Source of the DNA: Limnochordia bacterium
GTDB taxonomy: Bacteria; Bacillota; Limnochordia; JAAZLZ01
Direction of reading: 5' to 3'
DNA: 63,924 nucleotides
NCBI GenBank assembly: GCA_050944915.1
Contig: JBMNRY010000001.1
Location: forward strand, 1 to 63,924
Under the pieces are notes generated by a model. That model did no database searches. It was not told where the DNA came from and saw nothing but the letters and a program-made list of their open reading frames with translations. A program made the position numbers and the translations under genes. Shown one piece after another: positions 52,695 to 60,373 of this stretch (position 1 is the stretch's first letter; the number at the start of each line of letters is the position of its first letter).

Positions 52695-52723
52695 AGCATC
52701 GATTTCGGTCGATGCTTTTTTTC
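52695..52723 (+). terminator. intrinsic terminator after tRNA-Ser
   Basis: agcatcga-tttcgg-tcgatgct plus T7. Confidence 0.75.
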
Positions 52724-52890
52724 TTCGGTGGTCAACCATAACTTGTTTTTTACTTAGCAACGGGGTAAAATATAGGGAGTCAGGAGGTTATTGACATTCC
52801 AGGGGACAGATCTTCCCATAACAATGGTGTTTAGGTTGCTTGGAATTGACTGACGGGCAGCTTTTTCTTTTATGCCGAGGAGGTAAGGCT

Positions 52891-53775
52891 ATGCTGGAAA
52901 AGGATACTCTGCGAATTAAAACAGGAGCAGCCGATAAGTTCAAAGGTGGGGTAATCATGGATGTTACCACACCGGAGCAGGCGAAAATAGCTGAAAAGGC
53001 TGGGGCGGTGGCGGTGATGGCCCTAGAGAAGGTGCCAGCCGATATCAGAGCCGCCGGAGGCATTGCCCGCATGGCCGATCCGACGGTGGTTTTGCGAATC
53101 CTAGACGCCGTTTCCATCCCGGTGATGGCTAAGGTGCGCATCGGCCATTTTGTCGAAGCCCAGATTTTAGAAGCCCTAGGAGTAGATTTTATCGATGAAT
53201 CGGAGGTTTTGACCCCTGCCGATGATCGTTATCATATCAATAAGTTTGATTTTGAGGTCCCCTTCGTTTGTGGAGCCCGGGATTTAGGGGAGGCCCTGCG
53301 GCGGATCGGGGAAGGTGCCGCCATGGTGCGCACCAAGGGAGAGCCTGGTACCGGTAATGTGGTGGAAGCCGTTCGTCATGCCCGCCGGGTCTTGGGGGAC
53401 ATCCGCCATTTGAGCAGTCTGCCGGTGGAAGAGTTGATGACCTATGCCAAAGAGATCGGCGCTCCCTATGAATTGGTCCGCCTGGTGGCCGAATCGGGTC
53501 GTTTACCCGTGGTCAACTTCGCTGCGGGGGGAATCGCTACTCCCGCCGATGCTGCTTTGATGATGCAGATCGGTGTCGACGGCATCTTCGTCGGCTCCGG
53601 TATTTTCAAATCGGGAGATCCCGTCCGCCGGGCTGAGGCCATCGTCGCCGCTACCCGTCATTACAACGATCCCCAAGTTCTAGCCGAAGTCTCCAAGGAT
53701 TTGGGAGAACCGATGGTGGGGATTAATATCGACGATCTTCCTCCGCAAGCGCGGATGCAGGAACGGGGTTGGTAA
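52891..53775 (+). CDS. pdxS: pyridoxal 5'-phosphate synthase lyase subunit PdxS
   Basis: An ATG at 52891 follows GAGGAGG. Sequence: [47 protein letters not shown]. No pdxT gene is adjacent. Confidence 0.95.
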   Translation: MLEKDTLRIKTGAADKFKGGVIMDVTTPEQAKIAEKAGAVAVMALEKVPADIRAAGGIARMADPTVVLRILDAVSIPVMAKVRIGHFVEAQILEALGVDFIDESEVLTPADDRYHINKFDFEVPFVCGARDLGEALRRIGEGAAMVRTKGEPGTGNVVEAVRHARRVLGDIRHLSSLPVEELMTYAKEIGAPYELVRLVAESGRLPVVNFAAGGIATPADAALMMQIGVDGIFVGSGIFKSGDPVRRAEAIVAATRHYNDPQVLAEVSKDLGEPMVGINIDDLPPQARMQERGW

Positions 53776-53807
53776 ATTTGTTTAAGGCTAGTCTGAGAAG
53801 GGAATAT

Positions 53808-54215
53808 CTACCCCTTCAGGCTCAGCATATTATGGGGGTTTTCCCCAAAGGTTTTCATAAGGACCATCTTTCCCGTTGAACAACGGGTGGAAAACCCACA
53901 GATCTGTGGGTTTTCTGTTCCCCAGGAAGAGAGATCGATTTCCCGGATGAATTGGGCGTAGGCAGTGTTTTCCACCACGGAGATCACCCGGTATAATCGA
54001 TTTTGACGGGTAATTAGCTCATCACCCACGTTGACCGGTACACTAGATATGTAGGCGAGGGGAGTATTGGTTTCCACATCGACGATGACATAATAGGGAT
54101 GGGTATCATCGCGATGCTCTTCTCCGGGCAGTCGCGGGCCGACGACCAAGGCGATGGTCATTGTTAAACTGGCCAGAGCGGTCAAGAGTAAGAAGAAAAC
54201 CGTTTTCCTAAGCAA
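53808..54215 (-). CDS. hypothetical membrane-anchored protein (possible gene remnant)
   Basis: 135-aa ORF with an N-terminal TM segment. Its 3' part reads through a perfect 26-bp palindrome at 53890-53915. Confidence 0.35.
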   Translation of the reverse strand: MLRKTVFFLLLTALASLTMTIALVVGPRLPGEEHRDDTHPYYVIVDVETNTPLAYISSVPVNVGDELITRQNRLYRVISVVENTAYAQFIREIDLSSWGTENPQICGFSTRCSTGKMVLMKTFGENPHNMLSLKG

Positions 54216-54354
54216 AGGGGGTCCCTACTTTTCTCGTGTTGAGTCTATTGTTTTCCAGGGGAAGTTTTTTCATGCCTACCGGAAGTAAGGGATAAGTAGC
54301 CTTTTCGAGTTTGAAAAAATGAAAGGATGAAGGAATAATTAGGGGGCGGGCTTC

Positions 54355-54798
54355 ATGGAGATTACCCGCAAGGCGGAATATGCCATTTCCGCTTTAGTGG
54401 ATTTAGCCTTACAGGAAAAGGGAAAATATGTGTTGTCACGGGAAATCGCCGAGCGGCAGAATATTCCGACGAATTTTATTCCCCAAATCATGGCCATTTT
54501 AAGTCGGTCGGGACTGGTGGAAGGGATTAGGGGCTCCCGGGGAGGGGTCCGCTTGCGGGTCGATCCCGCCAAGATCACCGTAGCCCAGGTGGTGGAATTG
54601 ATCGAAGGGCCCATCGCGATCAATAAATGTCTCCTTCCCGAAGGCGGTTGTCGCAACATCGATACTTGTCCCCTCCATAGTGTCTGGGTTAAGGCCCAAG
54701 ACCAGCTGATGGAAGTTTTGGAACAAACGACCATCGCCGATGTTGTCCAGACGAAAATGGAGATCGATGCTAAGCAAAAGCCGACTAAGGGTGAGTAA
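54355..54798 (+). CDS. Rrf2-family transcriptional regulator
   Basis: MEITRKAEYAISALVDLAL ... SREIAERQNIP ... ILSRSGLVEGIRGSRGG, with 3 Cys in the C-terminal half. Confidence 0.9.
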   Translation: MEITRKAEYAISALVDLALQEKGKYVLSREIAERQNIPTNFIPQIMAILSRSGLVEGIRGSRGGVRLRVDPAKITVAQVVELIEGPIAINKCLLPEGGCRNIDTCPLHSVWVKAQDQLMEVLEQTTIADVVQTKMEIDAKQKPTKGE

Positions 54799-54893
54799 GC
54801 CCATCGATAGTCCCGACCCGAGGGGATTGCTTCCCCATTGAGGGGCCTTTCTGATCTTAGAAAGGTCCTCCTAGGGGTTTTTGTCGACGACGA

Positions 54894-54922
54894 TTGACAG
54901 CCCTTTAACCCTATGTTATAAT
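54894..54922 (+). promoter_or_regulatory. consensus sigma-A promoter of tRNA-Ser(GCU)
   Basis: TTGACA-17 nt-TATAAT, with an extended -10 (TGTTATAAT). Confidence 0.7.
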
Positions 54923-54941
54923 TCCCTTGTCAGTTGGATGC

Positions 54942-55033
54942 GGAGGGATACCCAAGTCGGCTGAAGGGGACGGTTTGCTAAACCGTTAGTAGGGGCAACT
55001 CTAGCGCGGGTTCGAATCCCGCTCCCTCCGCCA
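54942..55033 (+). tRNA. tRNA-Ser (anticodon GCU)
   Basis: Acceptor ggaggga/tccctcc, anticodon loop uuGCUaa, long variable arm, T-loop ttcgaat, encoded CCA. Confidence 0.9.
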
Positions 55034-55046
55034 TGAGATAAGGATT

Positions 55047-55072
55047 ACGGGTTGAGCAAACCCGCTTTTTCT
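55047..55072 (+). terminator. terminator after tRNA-Ser(GCU)
   Basis: cgggtt-gagca-aacccg followed by cTTTTT. Confidence 0.6.
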
Positions 55073-55097
55073 TTCTCCGGCAGAATCACCAGCTCCC

Positions 55098-55126
55098 TTG
55101 ACAAAGGCCTTGGGATATGGTATTCT
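55098..55126 (+). promoter_or_regulatory. candidate promoter of tRNA-Arg(GCG)
   Basis: TTGACA-17 nt-TATTCT. Confidence 0.45.
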
Positions 55127-55147
55127 AGCATACGATCAGAATAGTGT

Positions 55148-55224
55148 GCGCCCGTAGCTCAGTTGGATAGAGCGTTGGTTTGCGGAGCCAAAGGTCAGAG
55201 GTTCGAGCCCTCTCGGGCGTGCCA
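55148..55224 (+). tRNA. tRNA-Arg (anticodon GCG as read)
   Basis: 77 nt. Acceptor gcgcccg/cgggcgt, D-arm gctc-agttggata-gagc, anticodon loop uuGCGga, T-loop ttcgagc, encoded CCA. Confidence 0.88.
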
Positions 55225-55232
55225 TGGAAATT

Positions 55233-55266
55233 AACTCCCCTATGTCATATAGTGGGAGTTTTTTTA
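55233..55266 (+). terminator. terminator after tRNA-Arg(GCG)
   Basis: aactccc-(14 nt)-gggagtt followed by T6. Confidence 0.65.
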
Positions 55267-55285
55267 TTGGGGACCGTTAGGTCCC

Positions 55286-55996
55286 CTAAATTTCAAATTG
55301 GATCTCTACTTGGCTGGTGACCACCACCGGCCCCAGTTTGATGGGGGCCATCCCGTCGGCGACGAAGAAGTTGACACCTTGGATCTGGGAGTGATCGGCC
55401 ACCGAATGGATACCTTTGATTTCAATCCCTAAGGCATTAGCGATGGCTTCTCCCTTTTCATGGGCCTTTTGGACGGCTAAATCCAGGGCCTGTAGTTCCC
55501 AATCGGGCACATCTTCCACCGTCAATTCGATACTACTAATGGTATTAGCCCCGGCTTTGACTGCTGTATCGAGGATCAAACCGATGGCATCTAATTCATC
55601 GGTGGTAATGGTTACTTCATTGATCACCCGGTAACCGACGATACCTTCGTATTCCGGACCATATTGTCCTTGGGGTTGCACTTCGAAACGGGAGGTGCGC
55701 ACTGCATCTTCGGGGATTCCTAAACGGCTTAATTCCCCTAGGACCCGGCCCATGATGCGGCTGTTTTCTTCTTGGGCTTCCTGGGCCACGGAGTGGTGGG
55801 TTTCCACACCGAGGCGGATCATGGCCCCATCGGGTTCTACTTCCAGTTGGGCCTGGCCGGTGACGATGATTTGCCGTACATCGGTAGCTTGACCCCGGAC
55901 GACAGGACGGCTGGACCAGCCGAATAAGAGGAGGAGGAGAATCAGGGAAAGGAGGGCCATCCGGCCTAACCAATTGGTGCTCTGCAATCGAATCAC
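55286..55996 (-). CDS. SIMPL/DUF541-domain secreted protein
   Basis: 236-aa ORF with a signal anchor. Sequence: IIVTGQAQLEVEPDGAMIRLGVET ... RTSRFEVQPQ. Confidence 0.8.
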   Translation of the reverse strand: MIRLQSTNWLGRMALLSLILLLLLFGWSSRPVVRGQATDVRQIIVTGQAQLEVEPDGAMIRLGVETHHSVAQEAQEENSRIMGRVLGELSRLGIPEDAVRTSRFEVQPQGQYGPEYEGIVGYRVINEVTITTDELDAIGLILDTAVKAGANTISSIELTVEDVPDWELQALDLAVQKAHEKGEAIANALGIEIKGIHSVADHSQIQGVNFFVADGMAPIKLGPVVVTSQVEIQFEI

Positions 55997-56177
55997 CCCT
56001 TGGGATTTAGATAAAGATCACTTCGATGCGGGAAAGGCCGATCCCTAGCCCGGAGAAACTGCTAGTCTTGACTATTGGCGGGAAGTTCCACAAGGATTTG
56101 GCAGGACTGGAATGACTATGTAACGAATTATGGGGAAGATATGGGTCCACGCCCAGGGATTAGGGGAGGCCTGCCTA

Positions 56178-58901
56178 GTGAGTAAGAAAATACTATTGCT
56201 CATCGCCGCCATCGGGTTACCTATGCTCTTGGCGCCGTTGGTCTTCGCGGAGACGGTCACGGTGGAGACGGAGCATTTTTATATACACCATCCTGTCGAT
56301 GCCCCAAGGGGTGCTCAAGAGGCCGCCCTTTGGGCCGAGTATTTTTTTGAACAACTTACGGAATTAGGAGCGCCGCCACCTGCCGATAAAACCCATTTAG
56401 TCCTAATCGATGAGGGGGATCAGCCTGATGGCTATGCGTCCCCCTATTTGCTTAATGTCATGGGCGTCAGCCTGGTTGGCCCCAAGGATCGCTCGGAGTT
56501 ATACCCTGTTGGTCAAAGCTGGCTGGCCCTAGTCATCTCCCACGAGCTCACCCATATTTTCCAGATGAATATGAGCGGGGGGCAGGCCGATAGCCTTCGC
56601 AGCGCCTTCGGTCGGGTACCTATTTTAACTAGCCCCAATGCCTTACTGCCCGGTTGGTTTGTGGAAGGGGCCGCCGTTTATTACGAGAGCCTGTTAACCG
56701 ATGCCGGTCGGGCGACCAGTGGTATTTATGATATGTATTTGCGGATGCTGGCCCTAGAAGATGACTTCTACACCAGCCATCAGGTAGCCAATGATTATCT
56801 CTTAGATACATGGCCTGGTCCCCAAAGGATTTATATTTACGGTTTGAGTCTCGTCCGATATCTAGTGGAAACCTTTGGCGAAGATGTGGTTTGGCAGATC
56901 AGCGCCGCCTATGCCGAAGCACCCCTAGCTGGATTTGAAGAGGTAGTAGAAGAAACCCTGGAAATACCCTTTGCTGAGCTTTGGGCAGGGTGGCAGGCTT
57001 GGTTGAAGGAGCAAAGCCTTGCTACTGCCGAGGCCATAAAGGAGCGGGGTCTCATAGAAGGGGAGCAAATCACTTCTTACGGATTCCATATGGGCCCCCC
57101 AGCCCTTTCCTCCGGGGGAAGTTTAGCCTTTGCCCGCTACGGCCAAGGAATTCCCGGCCTGTGGTTACGGGATGGGCAAGGCCGAGATAAATTGATCGCC
57201 AAAGGCCTCATTGGGATGACGGGGAAGTATAGTTTTCATCCCCGGGAGGAGATCCTTGTTTATCCCCAACTGGTGGAACATCAGGGTAAGTTGATAAATG
57301 ATCTCTTTCTTTATGATCTGAAGAAAGGCCAAACCCGCCGGTTGACCTATGGTCGACGGGCCGATGATCCAGCATGGGACCCCGCCGGGGAATGGCTGGG
57401 CTTCATCGCCCGCAGCGGTGACGGCAGCCCCCAAATGGTCCTTCGCCATAGAAGCAGCGGTGAAGAGAAGATCATCTTGTCCACCAATCAAGAGACCATC
57501 CTCTCGGGGTTAAGCTGGTCCTCCGATGGTACTCGATTGTTGACGACGGTCTGGCAGCAAACGGGCGGCGGCCTTTTAATCTATGATCTGGCCACATCCC
57601 AGTGGCAGCTTTTCACCGGGGAACATCATCCCCTCGGTGCCGTATGGTTCGGAGACGAACAGGTGATTTATAGTTCTGCCCCCACAGGTATCTTTAATCT
57701 TTATGCGTTAGAGCTGGCCACAGGCCAGGTTTACCAGCTGACCAACACCATCGGTGGTGCCTTCCATCCCGCGGTTGATGCCCAGACCGGTGATCTTTAT
57801 TACCTGGGTTACCACGCCGGTGGCTATGATATTTATCATCTAGAAAAGGATAATCTAGCCTGGTGGGAGATCGGTCAGCTCGCCGTCCAAGTCGGTCGTG
57901 ATTGGCCGGAGGATGGGCCTATGGAGATGGCTTTGGATTCCCGGGGCTATAACCCTTGGGAATGGATGGGTCCTGTCTATTGGTGGCCCACCATCGGGGA
58001 AGGTAGTGATGGCCAACGGGTTGGTTTGGGGACTAGCGCCATGGATCCCTTAGGCAGACAGCAATATGCCCTCGACGTCTTTTTCGGGATCGGCGATGCC
58101 CCCAGCGGTTATCGGCTCCAATACCTTCACCGCTTCGGTCCCGATGGAGGTACCGCGGTGGGATTGAGTCTGCAGGAGGAATTGTCTGCCTTAACCAGTA
58201 ACCAAGCTTTTCGGGAGCGGCAATGGAGCCTCGACTTAGAACTGCCCGTCAGCAGTGGACCGCTACACCGGCAGAGTCTGTTGTTGTCGGGACGGGTGAT
58301 CCAAGATTTAACTGCTTCCGGTCAGACTAGTTACCTAGCCCTAGGCGGTTGGACGGGGCAGAATTTAGCCGCCGGTGGTCCCCGGTGGACCTATCGCCAA
58401 GGAGCGCAAATCTACGGTGGTTCTCTGTGGGAAGAGGAGGGGACCATCTTCGGTCGGGGAGAGTATAAAGGTTATTTAGAACTACCTCGGGGGGCGGCCT
58501 TGGCTCTACGGGTTAGCGGCGGAATGGCCGAGGAGGAGGATTTCTTCAGCCTCGGCGGTGCTGCGGAACACTATCTTGGAAACTTTTCCCTGCGGGCTTA
58601 TCCCCAGGATTATGCCTATGGTGCCAAAGCCTTCCGGGCCACCTTGGAGTACCGTCAGCTTCTATGGGCTATCCACCAAGGTATCTGGGATCGTTTAACC
58701 CTGGTCCTTTACGGCGAAGGGGGCGATGTGTGGAACCAAGGGGAGGAGATGGAGCTGCTCCGTTCCGCGGGTGTCGAGTTGGTCTTGCGGCAGGTATGGT
58801 ATCATCGCTTCCCCAGCCAATGGCGGGTAGGAGTAGCCCGGGCCTTCGATCATCCCGATGAGGCATGGCGGGCTTATCTAGGGACGGGCTTCGCCTTTTA
58901 G
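56178..58901 (+). CDS. secreted multidomain protein: Peptidase_MA-like HExxH domain + PD40/TolB-type beta-propeller + Omp85-like C-terminal beta-barrel
   Basis: A GTG at 56178 sits 7 nt after GGGGAGG. Signal peptide KKILLLIAAIGLPMLLAPLVFA. Motif HELTHIF ... WFVEGAAVYYE. Repeated PD40-like blocks are present. The C-terminus reads SLRAYP ... LYGEGGDVWN ... AGVELVLR ... YLGTGFAF. Confidence 0.6.
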   Translation: MSKKILLLIAAIGLPMLLAPLVFAETVTVETEHFYIHHPVDAPRGAQEAALWAEYFFEQLTELGAPPPADKTHLVLIDEGDQPDGYASPYLLNVMGVSLVGPKDRSELYPVGQSWLALVISHELTHIFQMNMSGGQADSLRSAFGRVPILTSPNALLPGWFVEGAAVYYESLLTDAGRATSGIYDMYLRMLALEDDFYTSHQVANDYLLDTWPGPQRIYIYGLSLVRYLVETFGEDVVWQISAAYAEAPLAGFEEVVEETLEIPFAELWAGWQAWLKEQSLATAEAIKERGLIEGEQITSYGFHMGPPALSSGGSLAFARYGQGIPGLWLRDGQGRDKLIAKGLIGMTGKYSFHPREEILVYPQLVEHQGKLINDLFLYDLKKGQTRRLTYGRRADDPAWDPAGEWLGFIARSGDGSPQMVLRHRSSGEEKIILSTNQETILSGLSWSSDGTRLLTTVWQQTGGGLLIYDLATSQWQLFTGEHHPLGAVWFGDEQVIYSSAPTGIFNLYALELATGQVYQLTNTIGGAFHPAVDAQTGDLYYLGYHAGGYDIYHLEKDNLAWWEIGQLAVQVGRDWPEDGPMEMALDSRGYNPWEWMGPVYWWPTIGEGSDGQRVGLGTSAMDPLGRQQYALDVFFGIGDAPSGYRLQYLHRFGPDGGTAVGLSLQEELSALTSNQAFRERQWSLDLELPVSSGPLHRQSLLLSGRVIQDLTASGQTSYLALGGWTGQNLAAGGPRWTYRQGAQIYGGSLWEEEGTIFGRGEYKGYLELPRGAALALRVSGGMAEEEDFFSLGGAAEHYLGNFSLRAYPQDYAYGAKAFRATLEYRQLLWAIHQGIWDRLTLVLYGEGGDVWNQGEEMELLRSAGVELVLRQVWYHRFPSQWRVGVARAFDHPDEAWRAYLGTGFAF

Positions 58902-58906
58902 AGAAC

Positions 58907-58936
58907 TTGACGGATGGAAGCCGATCATGATAAACT
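58907..58936 (+). promoter_or_regulatory. candidate promoter of tRNA-Arg(CCU)
   Basis: TTGACG-18 nt-TAAACT, preceded by TG. Confidence 0.4.
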
Positions 58937-58949
58937 GATCGGGAAATGT

Positions 58950-59024
58950 GCCCCCGTAGTTCAATGGATAGAACACGGACCTCCTAAGTCCGGAGTATAG
59001 GTTCGATTCCTATCGGGGGCACCA
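58950..59024 (+). tRNA. tRNA-Arg (anticodon CCU)
   Basis: 75 nt. Acceptor gcccccg/cgggggc, anticodon loop cuCCUaa, T-loop ttcgatt, encoded CCA. Confidence 0.92.
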
Positions 59025-59033
59025 TTTTTTTAA

Positions 59034-59055
59034 CCCTCAGCCGAGGGCTTTTTTT
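59034..59055 (+). terminator. terminator after tRNA-Arg(CCU)
   Basis: ccctc-agcc-gaggg followed by cT7. Confidence 0.7.
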
Positions 59056-59212
59056 ATTCCTTACTTGAGCCACTTCTGGGAACCTTTGGCAGAAAACAAT
59101 GGGGCATTCCATTGGAGGTAATTTTTATCTAAACTAGAATTATTGAACTACTAATGAGACCCATGGAAGAGCCTGTCTATGAGAGGGCCGATGATCGGGG
59201 AGGAGTGTTCTT

Positions 59213-60373
59213 TTGCATCGTCGTCGTTGGAGTAGGGTAATACTTAGCGGGATCCTTTTGACCTTCATCATCGCCTTCGCTTTGCGGATCAAAGATCAGC
59301 CGCGGGAAATCCCCCAAGCTCGACCGGCCATGGGGCCCCGGCTGGAGCGGATCACCGTCCAGGTGGAAGCAGTAGGCCGGGGAGATGTGGAAGAAATCGC
59401 CGTTTTATCGGGGACCCTAGAGCCCCAGTTTCAAGTAGATATCCATCCCCGTCTTGCTGGTCCCCTGGCCCAGTTGGCTGTGGAAGTCGGTCAGCGGGTG
59501 GAAGCGGGGGATCTCATCGGGGTTATTGATAATACCGATTTAGCCGCCAGTCGGGCTGGGTATCGCCGCAGCCAAAGTCAAGTGGAGCGGTTGCGGGAAG
59601 ATTATGAGCGGACGAAGGAATTATACCAACGGCGGGCCGCCACCCAACAGGAACTGGAGCAGAAGGCTAATCAGCTCAAAGAAGGGGAAATCCAGCTGGA
59701 GATCGCCGGGGCCCAACTGGAGCAGGCCGAGGCCAACTTCGCCTTGGTGGAGTTACAGCTAGATCGGGTGCGGGTCACCACCCCTGTCGCGGGGGTGGTC
59801 ATGGAGACGGGGGCCCTGCCCGGCGCCAATGTGGGCACAGGGACGGCTTTAGCTACCGTGGCCGCCATCGATCCCATCGATGTGGTCTTTAGCATCCCCG
59901 AAAGGCAGATCCAGAGGATCGCTTTAGATCAGGAGTTGACTATCCAGTTCGATGCCTATCCCGGGGAGTTTTTCCCCGGCCGGGTTACTAGACTTGGCAG
60001 CAGCATCGATCCCCGCACCAGGACCCTGACGGTGCGGGCCGCGATCCCCAATCCCCAGCTTCGCTTGCGTCCCGGGATGTTTGCCCGGGTGGAGCTAGTC
60101 ATGGAGAGGCGGGAAGATGTGATCACCATCCCCACGGAAGCCGTTTTAACGAGAACTACCGGCCAGTATGTTTTCCTGGCCGAAGATAATATGGCCCTAT
60201 TGCGCCCTGTGACCTTAGGGGTGCAAGGTCGGGAGCGGGTGGAGATTACCGCCGGTCTAGTTGAGGGTGAATTAGTTGTCACCGTCGGTCAACAGCAACT
60301 GCGGGAAGGACAGCCGGTGGAAGCCATCACTGAATATGTACTGCCGGAAGGGATCGGGGGGAATGGCCGATGA
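59213..60373 (+). CDS. efflux RND periplasmic adaptor (membrane fusion protein, HlyD family)
   Basis: N-terminal TM segment, lipoyl-like and coiled-coil hairpin (QQELEQKANQLKEGEIQLEIAGAQLEQAEAN), then beta-barrel. Forms an ATGA overlap with the pump gene. Confidence 0.9.
   Translation: MHRRRWSRVILSGILLTFIIAFALRIKDQPREIPQARPAMGPRLERITVQVEAVGRGDVEEIAVLSGTLEPQFQVDIHPRLAGPLAQLAVEVGQRVEAGDLIGVIDNTDLAASRAGYRRSQSQVERLREDYERTKELYQRRAATQQELEQKANQLKEGEIQLEIAGAQLEQAEANFALVELQLDRVRVTTPVAGVVMETGALPGANVGTGTALATVAAIDPIDVVFSIPERQIQRIALDQELTIQFDAYPGEFFPGRVTRLGSSIDPRTRTLTVRAAIPNPQLRLRPGMFARVELVMERREDVITIPTEAVLTRTTGQYVFLAEDNMALLRPVTLGVQGRERVEITAGLVEGELVVTVGQQQLREGQPVEAITEYVLPEGIGGNGR

Noticed and set aside
52595-59024. 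The possibility that the tRNA-flanked segments are integrated islands or carry a defence system. The segments are pdxS to the Rrf2 regulator, and the SIMPL gene to the 923-aa protein.
   Set aside because: I saw no integrase, recombinase, transposase, phage gene, direct repeat of tRNA 3' ends, CRISPR repeat, or known defence-domain signature. Each tRNA has a normal promoter and terminator.
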